A stretch of 64,000 nucleotides of DNA from an uncultured Glaciecola sp. (GCA_964621345.1 CAZUON010000005.1:349-64348), one strand, 5' to 3'. Counted from the first letter of the stretch, positions 10,648 through 20,900 are shown. Translations and numbers: made by a program. Notes: generated by a model not told the origin, from the sequence alone.

Positions 10648-11562
10648 ATGAAGATTCTTAAAACACCCTCTGAGCGATTTGAAGCACTGGCCGGTTATAG
10701 CTTTCAACCAAACTATCTTGATGTTGGCGAACCAGAGCAAAGCCTGATGATGCATTATGTGGACTATGGTAAAAAAGACGCGCCGGTCATACTCATGCTA
10801 CATGGCCAACCTACTTGGAGTTACTTATATCGGAAAATGATATGTAAAGCTGAGGCTGAGGGCTATCGCGTTATTGCGCCTGATTTGATCGGCTTTGGAA
10901 AGTCTGACAAATTTGCCTCGCAAAGCCCCTATACATATGCCAATCACTTGATGTGGCTCGAACGTTTATTGCTAGCGCTGAAAATTACCGATGTTCATTT
11001 AATATGCCAAGACTGGGGTGGCCTGTTAGGCCTGCGACTGCTTGTAAAATTCCCCGATTTATTTGCTAGCGTGGTTGCTGCAAATACAATGCTACCAACT
11101 GGAGAGCATCCACCAGGTGAGGCATTTTTAAAGTGGCAAGCGTTTTCGCAAAACGTAGAGCATTTCGAGGTAGGCAAAGTCATACAAAATGCCACCGTAA
11201 ATGACATGATTAGCGAGGTTATTATGGCCTACGATGCGCCCTTTCCAAGTGAAGAATACAAATGTGGGGTCAGGAAATTTCCAATGTTGGTACCCATATC
11301 AATTGACGATCCTGAAAGCGAAAATAACCGCAAGGCATGGCAAGTACTCATGACCTTAGACAAACCGTTTTTAACTGCGTTTAGCGATAATGATCCTATT
11401 ACCGCTGGTGGCGATAAAATTATGCAAAAGCTCATACCCGGATGCAAAGGACAACCTCACGTCGTAATTAAAGGAGGCGGGCATTTTCTTCAGGAAGATG
11501 TTGGTGAGCAGTTAATACAACACGCACTCTCATTTTTTAAAAAGGTAAATGTAAATGGATAA
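10648..11562 (+). CDS. Haloalkane dehalogenase, HLD-I (DhlA-like)
   Basis: MKILKTPSERFEALAGYSFQPNYLD, LHGQPTWSYLYRKMI, VIAPDLIGFGKSDK, nucleophile CQDWGG and GGGHFLQED closely parallel Xanthobacter DhlA as I remember it. I prefer the ATG at 10648 over 10639. Confidence 0.85.
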   Translation: MKILKTPSERFEALAGYSFQPNYLDVGEPEQSLMMHYVDYGKKDAPVILMLHGQPTWSYLYRKMICKAEAEGYRVIAPDLIGFGKSDKFASQSPYTYANHLMWLERLLLALKITDVHLICQDWGGLLGLRLLVKFPDLFASVVAANTMLPTGEHPPGEAFLKWQAFSQNVEHFEVGKVIQNATVNDMISEVIMAYDAPFPSEEYKCGVRKFPMLVPISIDDPESENNRKAWQVLMTLDKPFLTAFSDNDPITAGGDKIMQKLIPGCKGQPHVVIKGGGHFLQEDVGEQLIQHALSFFKKVNVNG

Positions 11563-12319
11563 ACTTCTCGATTTTTCAGACTCTGTAGGTCTAATCACTG
11601 GTGCAGGAAGCGGTTTTGGTAGAGCCCTAGCCATGGCGCTACATGAGCGCGGTGCGAAGCTAGTTCTAACGGATATAAACGAAAGCGGTTTGCAATCTAC
11701 CGCCTCTTTATTACCCGATAGCAGTAAGGTCCTAACGATAGCATGTGATGTCGCACAAGAAGATAGCTCAATAGACAGTGTCGCCTTGGCCATGAAGGAA
11801 TTTGGCCGCCTCGATTTTGCGGTAAACAACGCAGGTATCGCCCACCCTCAGGGTCCTATGCATGAAATGACAAATGAAATTTATGACAGCCAGTTTGCGG
11901 TAAACGTGAAAGGTGTTGGCTTTGGCATTAAACATCAAGCTAAGGTAATGTTAAAGCAAGGTTCAGGACATATTCTGAATATCAGCTCGGTGGCAGGCTT
12001 AGGCGGTGCGCCTAAAGGTGGAGCTTATAGCGCGGCAAAGCATGCTGTTATTGGTTTAAGCAAAACTGCCGCCATTGAATACGCAAGATACAATGTAAGG
12101 GTGAACACGATATGCCCTTTCTTTAGCCCTACCGACATCATGAATATTGAAGGCTTAAGTACTCAGGCTGAAAAAGATAAACTTGGGTTAGGTGCGCCCA
12201 TCAAACGTATCAGCACAATAGATGAAATAGTCAACGTTATGGTACTCATCTTGTCCCCTGCCAATACCTACATGACAGGCCAGTCTATTGCCATTGATGG
12301 TGGCGTTACTGCTTGGTAA
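11555..12319 (+). CDS. Short-chain dehydrogenase/reductase (SDR)
   Basis: 254 aa. TGAGSGFG cofactor motif, NNAG, and the catalytic S...YSAAK. The start overlaps the dehalogenase stop by 8 nt. Confidence 0.9.
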   Translation: MDKLLDFSDSVGLITGAGSGFGRALAMALHERGAKLVLTDINESGLQSTASLLPDSSKVLTIACDVAQEDSSIDSVALAMKEFGRLDFAVNNAGIAHPQGPMHEMTNEIYDSQFAVNVKGVGFGIKHQAKVMLKQGSGHILNISSVAGLGGAPKGGAYSAAKHAVIGLSKTAAIEYARYNVRVNTICPFFSPTDIMNIEGLSTQAEKDKLGLGAPIKRISTIDEIVNVMVLILSPANTYMTGQSIAIDGGVTAW

Positions 12320-12460
12320 GCAACCGATAACAACATCCGAATACGCTTAGCCACGAATGAAACCGTATTGTGCAACATACCCTAGTATCGATACATGGTC
12401 TTTTACCCCGTTTGATTTGTTTTATGCTTAGTCATGAAATAACCAAACGGAGTAAACATC

Positions 12461-12853
12461 ATGTTGAAAAAGATACTTATACCGTTACTCGCAATTGCAC
12501 CACTTTCATTCTCTACGCCTGCCAGCGCTGAGATTGAGGCGGCACTTGCAAACATCTGCGAAATTGTAAAAACAGATGACAAAAGCGAGTTACGTAAGAA
12601 AATGAAAAACGTACGTTCTAATTACCAAATGCAGTTGCGTGATTATTACAACGGCATTAGTTGTGGCGGCAACAGCCTGATAAAACTAGCGATTTTAAAT
12701 AACGCAGTGGACGCAGGCACCTTATTGGTGAAAAAAATGCCAAAAAAGCTTTTAGCGGAGCCGGAAACGGACGGTAAAACCTTGTCTGCTTGGATTAACG
12801 AGCAAGGCCTAGCCGACAATGCCGTTGCGAAAGAGCTCTTAGATAGAATATAG
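12461..12853 (+). CDS. Small secreted protein, paralog of 4847-5242 (DUF3718-like, unverified)
   Basis: 130 aa. Signal peptide MLKKILIPLLAIAPLSFSTPASA. Collinear similarity to the 4847 ORF across the whole mature protein. Confidence 0.6.
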   Translation: MLKKILIPLLAIAPLSFSTPASAEIEAALANICEIVKTDDKSELRKKMKNVRSNYQMQLRDYYNGISCGGNSLIKLAILNNAVDAGTLLVKKMPKKLLAEPETDGKTLSAWINEQGLADNAVAKELLDRI

Positions 12854-12914
12854 CAGTTTTCACATATGTTGATATACAGTTCAACATGGTAGGCAAAGGC
12901 AACTTTGCCATTAG

Positions 12915-12939
12915 TGGCCCCTTTACGGGGCCATTTTTT
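12915..12939 (+). terminator. Rho-independent terminator
   Basis: TGGCCCC-TTTAC-GGGGCCA followed by TTTTTT. Confidence 0.65.
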
Positions 12940-12988
12940 ATTCTGCGCTGTTGTGAAAAGCTCTAGGAGATAGTACTGAGTCCCCGGT

Positions 12989-13963
12989 TTAAGGGACGAT
13001 TACGACCTTTCCTTTTACCTGACGATTCGTTACTTTGTCGATGGCTTTGACAGCGTCTTTTAGAGCAAACGCTTCGTCGATGTGTACTTTCACTTTTCCT
13101 TTTGCATACCAGGTAATTAGCTCTTCCATATTCGCAATAAAGGTTTGTGGCTCATGTGCAACAAAGGATCCCCAAAATACACCAACGACAGAATAGCCTT
13201 TCACTAAGGCCAAGTTGACTGGGAACTTAGGAATATCACCACCAGCAAAGCCGATAATTAACAAGCGACCGCCCCAAGCGACAGAGCGTGAACAGGCATG
13301 AAAAATATCGCCTCCAACACACTCATATACAACATCAACACCTTTGCCATTAGTCAATGACTTTACCGCGTCTTTTAAGTCTTGCTCACTGTAATTAATG
13401 GTATGTTCTGCGCCATTATGTTTTGCGACTTCGCATTTTTCATCACTGGAGCAAGCAGCAATAACCGTCGCGCCCATTTCTTTTGCTATTTGGACCGCCG
13501 CTAACCCTGTCCCACCAGCTGCTCCCGTAACTAAAAGGGTCTCGCCTGGTTGTATTTGTGCGCGTTGTTTCAGTGCATGATGCGCAGTTGCATGCGCAGT
13601 TACAAGCCCAGCTGCTTCTTCTAAAGGGATCAAATCAGGTATTGGCATCACCTGCGATGCAGGTACTGCGACCTTCTCTGCATATCCACCTAAACTGCAA
13701 ATACCTAAGACTCTCATACCCACTTTTAAGTGCTTAACCCCCTCACCAACTTCACTTACCGTACCGGCCACTTCCGTTCCTGGGATAAAGGGCAACTCAG
13801 GTTTCAATTGGTACAAACCCTGCACTAATAGGCTGTCAGGAAAGTTAACCCCTGCAGCGGCAACGTCAATCACCACCTGCGCTTTGCCCGCTTTAGGCAC
13901 TTCAAAATCTTCATATTTTAAATCTGATACGGGAGCAAAGTCATGACACACGATTGCTTTCAT
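12989..13963 (-). CDS. NADPH:quinone oxidoreductase / zeta-crystallin-type medium-chain dehydrogenase
   Basis: 324 aa. GVNFPD, PFIPGTEVAGTV and the cofactor motif VTGAAGGTGLAAVQIAK. Confidence 0.9.
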   Translation of the reverse strand: MKAIVCHDFAPVSDLKYEDFEVPKAGKAQVVIDVAAAGVNFPDSLLVQGLYQLKPELPFIPGTEVAGTVSEVGEGVKHLKVGMRVLGICSLGGYAEKVAVPASQVMPIPDLIPLEEAAGLVTAHATAHHALKQRAQIQPGETLLVTGAAGGTGLAAVQIAKEMGATVIAACSSDEKCEVAKHNGAEHTINYSEQDLKDAVKSLTNGKGVDVVYECVGGDIFHACSRSVAWGGRLLIIGFAGGDIPKFPVNLALVKGYSVVGVFWGSFVAHEPQTFIANMEELITWYAKGKVKVHIDEAFALKDAVKAIDKVTNRQVKGKVVIVP

Positions 13964-14039
13964 TTGGTCTACCTTTATTAAATAGCTGTTAAAAAAAGCC
14001 TTACTTATAAAAGGCTTCCATACTTAATTACGTATATTA

Positions 14040-15272
14040 TTATGCTTGTTTTGCCGCTTGTGCCTGAATCAGGTTTCGTCCTAATTGCATCATATGCACC
14101 TGGTCTGGACCATCGGCTAAGCGGATCGTACGGGCGTATGCTAATGTAGCCGACAAAATAGTATCTTGCGAAGTACCTGCAGCCCCATGTAGCTGGATCG
14201 CCTCGTCTATCACTTCACACGCCATTTTAGGGGCAACAATTTTAATTGCTGCGATGATATTCTTCGCTACTTTGTTGCCATAACGGTCCATTTGATCGGC
14301 CGCTTTTAAGGTCAGTAATCTCGCCTGCTCAATTTTACAATACATCTGCGAGATACTCTCTCTGACACTTTGTTGCTTTGACAAGGGCTGACCAAAAGCA
14401 ATACGTTGTTCAACTCGCTCACATGCCATATCTAAAGCTCTTTGTGCACAGCCAATCAGACGCATACAGTGGTGAATCCTTCCTGGTCCTAAACGTCCTT
14501 GCGCAATCTCAAAGCCCCGGCCCTCTCCAAGTATGAGATTTTCAGCAGGCACGCGTACATTTTCAAACAACACTTCGGCATGTCCAATGGGCTCGTCCAA
14601 ATAGCCCATAGCCGACATCGCCCTAACAACGGTTACGCCTTGTGTATCTAAGGGAACTAAAATTTGTGATTGTTGAGCATGACGGGGCGCTGTCGTATCA
14701 GTTTTCCCCATCACTATTAGTATCTTACAATTGTCGTTCATAGCACCACTGGTATACCATTTACGGCCATTGATTACGTATTCATCGCCATCTCTAGTAA
14801 TTGATGTCTCGATATTAGTCGCATCAGAAGATGCGACATCAGGCTCTGTCATGGCAAAGCCTGAGCGAATTTCACCTGCTAGCAACGGCATTAGCCATTG
14901 GGATTTTTGTGCGTCACTGCCATACTTTGCTAATACCTCCATGTTTCCGGTATCAGGCGCGCTGCAATTAAAGATTTCGCCACTGAACATGACCCTCCCC
15001 ATTTGCTCACACAAGGGCGCATACTCCAAATTAGTCAGGCCTGCACCAAGCGGTAAATATTCGCTCGGTAAAAATAGGTTCCATAAACCAGCCGCTTTCG
15101 CTTTTGCCTTTAGCTCTTCCATCATGGCAGGCGTTTGCCACATACTGGGTGTACTGGCGTTGCTTGCGACTGCATCATGATATTGTTGTTCAACAGGATA
15201 AACGTGTTCATCCATAAAGGCGTTTAATTGATTTAATAGGCCTTGGGTTTTTTCACTGTAATCGAAGTTCAT
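14040..15272 (-). CDS. Acyl-CoA dehydrogenase, FadE2 / ACAD10-ACAD11-like subfamily
   Basis: 410 aa. [55 protein letters not shown] is nearly the ACAD10/11-type signature as I recall it. Confidence 0.88.
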   Translation of the reverse strand: MNFDYSEKTQGLLNQLNAFMDEHVYPVEQQYHDAVASNASTPSMWQTPAMMEELKAKAKAAGLWNLFLPSEYLPLGAGLTNLEYAPLCEQMGRVMFSGEIFNCSAPDTGNMEVLAKYGSDAQKSQWLMPLLAGEIRSGFAMTEPDVASSDATNIETSITRDGDEYVINGRKWYTSGAMNDNCKILIVMGKTDTTAPRHAQQSQILVPLDTQGVTVVRAMSAMGYLDEPIGHAEVLFENVRVPAENLILGEGRGFEIAQGRLGPGRIHHCMRLIGCAQRALDMACERVEQRIAFGQPLSKQQSVRESISQMYCKIEQARLLTLKAADQMDRYGNKVAKNIIAAIKIVAPKMACEVIDEAIQLHGAAGTSQDTILSATLAYARTIRLADGPDQVHMMQLGRNLIQAQAAKQA

Positions 15273-15288
15273 AATCGTTGACCTTATA

Positions 15289-15948
15289 CTAGCTGTAGGT
15301 AATGAGATGTTGACGCTCTAAATCATCAAGATGTGGCACGTTATTAAAACTACTTAGCTGTGCGGACGATGAATTAAAGTAAATATGATGAATACTGGTG
15401 TTTTTTATCTGTAAATTGAAGTCTATTGCTTTAGGGATACTCAAACCGAGTAATTGCATCAAACAAATTGCAATCGCCCCCCCCGATGACACTACCAACA
15501 CACGCTTATTTGGAGAGTCAAAAACGTTTTGAGCCGCTTTGTTCACACGCCCTTCAAAATGTGACCAATGCTCCGGTAGCTCGCCAAGTCCTTGTTCTGA
15601 CCATGCCACCATGGCCGATTTAAGAACTCGATACCAATCGCTGCGCGGAGAATCCTTTGCAGGCGTATGTTCTGGGTGTTTTTTTAAATACGCATTAACT
15701 ACCGCGTTAAAATCAAATTCGTTCCAGCCTGCATCTACCTCAAAGTTGTTACTGTGCCCAACGATTCCTTGTGCTGTCTCTTTATGACGTACCATGTTAC
15801 CGGTGAGTACTTGGTCAAAATTAATATTACGGGTTTTGAAGTAGTCGCCTAGTAAGCGGCTTTGCTCATGCCCAAGCTTGCTTAGCTTATCGTAATTTTC
15901 ACTTCCAAAAGATGCTTGCGCGTGTCGGATTAAATATAGTTCAGCCAT
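15289..15948 (-). CDS. Histidine phosphatase family protein (phosphoglycerate-mutase-like)
   Basis: 219 aa. N-terminal LIRHAQAS (RHG-type catalytic motif). It lies 16 nt downstream of the ACAD and is probably co-transcribed. Confidence 0.85.
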   Translation of the reverse strand: MAELYLIRHAQASFGSENYDKLSKLGHEQSRLLGDYFKTRNINFDQVLTGNMVRHKETAQGIVGHSNNFEVDAGWNEFDFNAVVNAYLKKHPEHTPAKDSPRSDWYRVLKSAMVAWSEQGLGELPEHWSHFEGRVNKAAQNVFDSPNKRVLVVSSGGAIAICLMQLLGLSIPKAIDFNLQIKNTSIHHIYFNSSSAQLSSFNNVPHLDDLERQHLITYS

Positions 15949-16138
15949 AAGTGTCCATATTAGACTATGTTAAATTGAGGTTAATGGTTTTTATACACTA
16001 AAGGTAATTGATTGTGTTGATATAATGGCATTCATCAAAAATATGCATTTTGTTAATCGAGATCAATATTCGCCCTCGCCGCCTGCGATAGTATCCATCG
16101 TTATAATATCTTAATAGTGCGTAAAGCGAGTAAAGCCA

Positions 16139-17527
16139 GTGGCAGACAACATCAACGATTACTTCGACCAAAAAGTCATGCAAAAATACAACACCGCTGG
16201 ACCTCGTTATACCTCTTACCCCACCGCGATTGCCTTTGAAGCACTTGATGATGGCGCTTTACTAACAAATGCCCTTAGCACACTTAGTCAAAGTGAAAAC
16301 GCCAACAAGTTATCCTTGTATATGCATATTCCTTTTTGTCACTCACTTTGCTACTACTGCGGCTGTAATAAGATTGTGACCCGTCATGCCCACAAGGCAG
16401 ATATTTATCTAGACTATTTAATTAAAGAAATTCAACAGCAAGCAATCGCTGCAAAGGGGTGTAAGGTCGATAGCTTACATTTAGGTGGCGGAACCCCTAG
16501 CTTTCTAAGTACGGAGCAAATGAGCCGTTTAATTGATGTCACCCGCGATGCCTTTGATTTTGTTGAAGCGCCTGAGCTCAGCATAGAAATAGATCCAAGA
16601 AAAATTGAGCTGAACTACATTGATGTGCTCGCTACCTTAGGCTTTACTCGACTTAGTATTGGTGTACAAGATATTGATAAAACCGTTCAGCAAAGTATTA
16701 ATCGAGTGCAGAGTACGGTTTTTATTCGAGACTTAATAACACGAGCCCGAGCACTTAACTTTAGCTCAATTAATGTTGATTTAATTTATGGTCTTCCTCA
16801 TCAAAATCAGGAGAGCTTTCAATGCACCCTTGATGAAATGAAAACCATGAACCCTGATCGTATTTCATTATTTAGTTATGCGCATATGCCGCAACTCTTT
16901 GCGGCCCAGCGAAAAATTAAAGATGAATGGATGCCAAGCCCTAGTGAAAAGTTCAGTCTGTTTCGCCAAGCAATTAGTCAATTGAGCGAGCAAGGCTATG
17001 AGTGCATTGGCATGGACCATTTCGCAAAACCCGAAGATGAACTTAGCATCGCGAAAAATGAAAAGCGTTTGTATCGAAACTTCCAAGGTTATACCACTAA
17101 CCAAGGAGTCAGTACCTTAGGGCTAGGTGTATCGGCCATCAGCAGTATCAACGATGTGTACATTCAGAATCACAAAGACCTCAAAGCTTACTATTGCGCC
17201 ATTGATGAAAAGCAAAATGGCATGGTAAAAGGCATCCAGTTGACGCAAGACGACCTTGTTCGTCGGGCTCTTATTCATGGTTTAATGTGTAATTTCAGCA
17301 TCGATAAATTCGCATTTGCGAAACAACATGATATCGACTTTGACCAATACTTTGCCACTAGCCTTAAGAACTTGCAGCCGTTTATTGACGATAAACTCAT
17401 TACCCATACCGATGGCGACATCATCATTCACGACAGAGGCCGCTTAATAGTGCGTAATATCTGCATGAGCTTTGACCAATACCTCAATAAACCCTTGCAT
17501 CAGACTCGTTACTCAAGAGTAATTTAA
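16139..17527 (+). CDS. hemN: Oxygen-independent coproporphyrinogen III oxidase (radical SAM)
   Basis: QKYNTAGPRYTSYPTA, radical-SAM CHSLCYYCGC and GGGTPSFL. The GTG start at 16139 gives an N terminus of the same length as E. coli HemN. Confidence 0.92.
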   Translation: MADNINDYFDQKVMQKYNTAGPRYTSYPTAIAFEALDDGALLTNALSTLSQSENANKLSLYMHIPFCHSLCYYCGCNKIVTRHAHKADIYLDYLIKEIQQQAIAAKGCKVDSLHLGGGTPSFLSTEQMSRLIDVTRDAFDFVEAPELSIEIDPRKIELNYIDVLATLGFTRLSIGVQDIDKTVQQSINRVQSTVFIRDLITRARALNFSSINVDLIYGLPHQNQESFQCTLDEMKTMNPDRISLFSYAHMPQLFAAQRKIKDEWMPSPSEKFSLFRQAISQLSEQGYECIGMDHFAKPEDELSIAKNEKRLYRNFQGYTTNQGVSTLGLGVSAISSINDVYIQNHKDLKAYYCAIDEKQNGMVKGIQLTQDDLVRRALIHGLMCNFSIDKFAFAKQHDIDFDQYFATSLKNLQPFIDDKLITHTDGDIIIHDRGRLIVRNICMSFDQYLNKPLHQTRYSRVI

Positions 17528-17555
17528 ATGCTCAGTTAAGCCGTTCAATGGATAT

Positions 17556-17585
17556 AAAAAAGCCCAACGTAGTTGGGCTTTTTTA
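17556..17585. terminator. Bidirectional rho-independent terminator between convergent hemN and the metalloprotease
   Basis: AAAAAAGCCCAACGTAGTTGGGCTTTTTT. Confidence 0.7.
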
Positions 17586-17590
17586 TTTGA

Positions 17591-19978
17591 TTAAATGGGT
17601 GAGCCAGGTGGCAGTGGTATGATTTTCATACTTAACGGCCACTCGCCATGGTCCCAATAATGCTCTATGTGTTTTTGCAAAACGCGAGATTGTGGGTCGC
17701 GCTTCTGTTTAGAAACGTCACTATGAAACTCAACCAATTGCGCTTGTAAAGCCACTTTCGCCTCGGGTGCCAAAATGTCTGAGCGCAAGGTATCAAAAAA
17801 TACGCTTAATGCAACGTAACGAATACGCGACTCCAAGGCATCCTCCCCGTCAATATAAATAAGGCGAGTAAAGACCCTATCAATAATTTCCGAGACCGAA
17901 GGTATTTCGTTGTCCATGCTATGTTGGTAAGCCACTCTGTTTAAGCGTTCAGGATTGAGCAAAATGCTAAGCGAATAGGCAGCCGCAGATTCTGCCGCAG
18001 TCACGGGATCAAAAGCAATCCCCATGCGCGAGCCCATGCTCTCTCTATTACGTTGACTACCATAGGCTTTTGGTGGTAATAAGCTAAGCAGTTTAGGAGA
18101 CAACATTAAATAATCAGAACTCGCGCTTTGCAACATAAGCTCCAAGGCTTGACGCTGAATATCGGCATCCACTGGCACAACTTTTTTAGGACTGTCCCAT
18201 GTGGATTTTACTGAATACTCATATTCAATGCCTGAGATTTGTTTAACCAGAGCATCAAGTTGATAGCGATGTGAATAATATATCGGTACCAAGCGCTCCT
18301 CAAGTTGCGATAGCGGCTCTCCAAAGGGTAATGAATTCAAACCAAAATTACGCAGGGCGAATTCACGCAATTCACTCACACGAGTAAACTCTTCAATCGG
18401 GTCTGCCCCATTATCCCAAAGGTGACCATCAGCAGATGCTCTTTTGGGAATGCGAGCGTCGGGGTCAGACTTATACAAAAAACCCGCATCTTTGGCGCGT
18501 GCTACCAAATTTTCTAGTTCAACATTCTCATCTACGCCCTCAGCAAAATCCTGATAACCGTAGTTGACTACATACTTGTCCCATTCCCCGATACCCTTAT
18601 CGTAGGCATTAGATAAATTCACTTTGCCATTGTCTAATGTCACTAACGGGTGAGGATAATCCATCACCGAGGCGCGGTCATTTTCACTTGCTGCAAAATT
18701 ATGTGCAATCCCAATGGTATGCCCCACTTCATGCGCCGAAAGCTGGCGAATACGGTCAAGGGCAAGGGATAATTGTTCACTCGTATCACTATTTTGTGAC
18801 GTAAAAGGACTGGTCAATCCAAGGGCAATTAAATAATCTTGGCGCACTCTCAAAGAGCCTAGTGTGACATGTCCTTTGATGATTTCGCCGGTGCGCGGGT
18901 CAACGACTGAGCTACCATACGACCACCCTCGAGTGGCCCTGTGCACCCATTGAATGACGTTGTAGCGCACATCCATTGGGTCAGCATCTTGCGGTAACAC
19001 TTTAACCTGAAAGGCATTTTCATAACCGGCGGCAGCAAAGGCTTGATCCCACCACAAAGCGCCCTCTCTAAGAGCAGTCATCACCGGCTCAGGAATACCA
19101 GGGTCCAGATAATAGACAATCGGCTCAACGGCTTCGCTAACCGCGGCCTTCGGGTCTTTTTTTGCTAAACGATGACGAGGGATATATTTAACTTCCATAT
19201 TCTCTTCAATGGCCGCACTGTAGTCTTGGTAACTATGCTTCCAAAAGCCAGAAAAGGGATGAAATTTGCGAGGCGTATAGTTATCGTCAGGTAACTGAAT
19301 AAATGAGTGATGCAAGTGCACAGTCACGCTTTTTGCGTCAGGACTAACATCTTGGATATATTGCCCGCTAGGTGAGCCTGCAAAGGTCACTAGTGCTTCT
19401 AACTCGGTATTTTCAGGGAAGGCTTTTGTACGGTTTAAATACACACCGCTGCGGCTCTTATCTACAGAGTAACTCCCTTGCCCACTGTTACTTAGGCGGT
19501 CACTAATGCCGTGAATATCAGACAATAAAAAATCGGTGTAGTCAAAACTGAGGCTGTTGTCGCTTTCAGATGAAATGGTAAAGCCGGCAATGACTGAGTC
19601 GGCAAACGCTTCGTCAATGCTTAAGCGCTCTGCATCGTTGCTAGAACTTGCACGGTAATCGGTGTTAACTTGTTGGAGCAAAACTTTATTACCAAAACGC
19701 ACAAATTTGACTAAACGCGTTTCGCCCAATTGTCCGCGGTCTAAACCAATATCATTGGAGCCGATACCACGAGGTAGGCTGCTTTGGAACAGCATTTCTT
19801 GATTCAATTGGGAGTGTTCAAGGCGCAAGTGCAACGAGTCACTGCCTTTATCGTAGATAATATCCACAAAGCCTGAAAATTCTTGTTCATTTGCTACGCT
19901 TTTACCCTGCAGCAGTAAGGTGCAAAAAAACAACATAAACAAAGCGCTTAAAGAGTTACGCATAACCATCTTTCTCAC
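17591..19978 (-). CDS. Secreted zinc-dependent metalloprotease (large DUF5117/DUF4953-type family, from memory)
   Basis: 795 aa. Signal peptide, and HEVGHTIGIAHNF (HExxH) followed by SVMDYP. Confidence 0.8.
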   Translation of the reverse strand: MRKMVMRNSLSALFMLFFCTLLLQGKSVANEQEFSGFVDIIYDKGSDSLHLRLEHSQLNQEMLFQSSLPRGIGSNDIGLDRGQLGETRLVKFVRFGNKVLLQQVNTDYRASSSNDAERLSIDEAFADSVIAGFTISSESDNSLSFDYTDFLLSDIHGISDRLSNSGQGSYSVDKSRSGVYLNRTKAFPENTELEALVTFAGSPSGQYIQDVSPDAKSVTVHLHHSFIQLPDDNYTPRKFHPFSGFWKHSYQDYSAAIEENMEVKYIPRHRLAKKDPKAAVSEAVEPIVYYLDPGIPEPVMTALREGALWWDQAFAAAGYENAFQVKVLPQDADPMDVRYNVIQWVHRATRGWSYGSSVVDPRTGEIIKGHVTLGSLRVRQDYLIALGLTSPFTSQNSDTSEQLSLALDRIRQLSAHEVGHTIGIAHNFAASENDRASVMDYPHPLVTLDNGKVNLSNAYDKGIGEWDKYVVNYGYQDFAEGVDENVELENLVARAKDAGFLYKSDPDARIPKRASADGHLWDNGADPIEEFTRVSELREFALRNFGLNSLPFGEPLSQLEERLVPIYYSHRYQLDALVKQISGIEYEYSVKSTWDSPKKVVPVDADIQRQALELMLQSASSDYLMLSPKLLSLLPPKAYGSQRNRESMGSRMGIAFDPVTAAESAAAYSLSILLNPERLNRVAYQHSMDNEIPSVSEIIDRVFTRLIYIDGEDALESRIRYVALSVFFDTLRSDILAPEAKVALQAQLVEFHSDVSKQKRDPQSRVLQKHIEHYWDHGEWPLSMKIIPLPPGSPI

Positions 19979-20118
19979 AATTTACCTCTTTATCTATATA
20001 ACGATTAAACAAAGCTTGATCTACATCATCACTCTATCGGGTTCATGAGGCTATAGTAAGATTACATAATTGCTATACGCTAATTATTGCATCTTTGACT
20101 TAAAGGCATCACAACAAT

Positions 20119-20523
20119 ATGGCAGATTCCGTTATCGACATTCACTATGCAAAGACACAGGTACCAGCATCTCAACTGCTGACCTTAGTGCTAGATGAGC
20201 ATACTGATGTCGCTATGTCTGACCGCCCTATCTTTGGAACTACAGTCACCATTCGAGATGACATTGAATCACTCATCGGTAGTGTATTGCAAGCGGGATT
20301 GATTTTAGGCTGGTTAAACTATGTCGATGTGACGAAGTTTGCTTGTATTACTGAAGATAAACACTACCAAGAAGCGAGTCACTATTTTAAAGCCGAATCT
20401 AACCAGTTACTGATAACGCGGCCGCTTTTACTTCATAAAGTAGATGCTAGCATGAGTCATAGCAAACAGCTGTTTATCTTCTCTAGCCCCAATGCGAAGG
20501 TATCGTCAATTCGAAATGCTTAA
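20119..20523 (+). CDS. Hypothetical protein (weak call)
   Basis: 134-aa ORF with no motifs I recognise. No clear SD. Kept only because the region is otherwise empty. Confidence 0.3.
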   Translation: MADSVIDIHYAKTQVPASQLLTLVLDEHTDVAMSDRPIFGTTVTIRDDIESLIGSVLQAGLILGWLNYVDVTKFACITEDKHYQEASHYFKAESNQLLITRPLLLHKVDASMSHSKQLFIFSSPNAKVSSIRNA

Positions 20524-20900
20524 CTTGCCCAAAGCGTTCACTATACGAACTGCTTTGTAATGTTGCGCTTTTATTGTTCTTTTTGTTTTTACAACAAGTG
20601 TTAAATAGACATTGCAAAGTGATGGGAGGCAGTCCGGCACTTGCTGGACACGAGCAAGCACCGAACTAACACTTTGATGAGAAAAGCCATTCCATGGTTT
20701 TCTATCAAAGCACACACAACATCTATTGCTTAGCAAAATTACTGCCATTATTATTTTTCTTTTAATTTCAACCACTTAGTGCATTCAAGCTTCAAGAAGC
20801 CTGCCTATGCTCAACTAATTTGGTGCAATTGAATTGCTGTACGCACCAAAAAAACGCGCTATCATATGATACATATTACAATGCGAAGGAATTAGTATTT

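Noticed and set aside
11530-11829. 99-aa minus-strand ORF overlapping the dehalogenase/SDR junction
   Set aside because: It is antisense to two strongly supported CDSs and has an Arg/Ser-rich shadow-frame composition.
14731-15180. 149-aa plus-strand ORF inside the ACAD gene
   Set aside because: It is antisense to a CDS with clear ACAD motifs and has no independent evidence.
15998-16183. 61-aa minus-strand ORF in the hemN upstream region
   Set aside because: It overlaps the hemN start, has an odd Tyr/Arg-rich composition and has no RBS. The region is more likely promoter sequence.
20506-20775. 89-aa minus-strand ORF between the hypothetical gene and dut
   Set aside because: It is Cys-rich with an implausible composition, no RBS and an overlap with the 20119 ORF end. 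The region is treated as non-coding or unknown (see the finding at 20119-21356).
20820-20900. Upstream extensions proposed by the ORF track for dut (20820), LysR (3805), the 35262 gene (36047), the DUF1624-like gene (29664), 31974 (32627) and 30449 (30922)
   Set aside because: For dut, LysR, the 35262 gene and the 31974 gene, an internal ATG with a better-placed Shine-Dalgarno gives an N terminus matching family norms or a proper signal peptide. For the DUF1624-like gene and the 30449 gene, the internal ATG is preferred over a TTG start, with weak or no SD support. Four of the six track starts are non-ATG longest-ORF artefacts; those for dut (TTG read as M) and LysR (ATG) are still less well supported.
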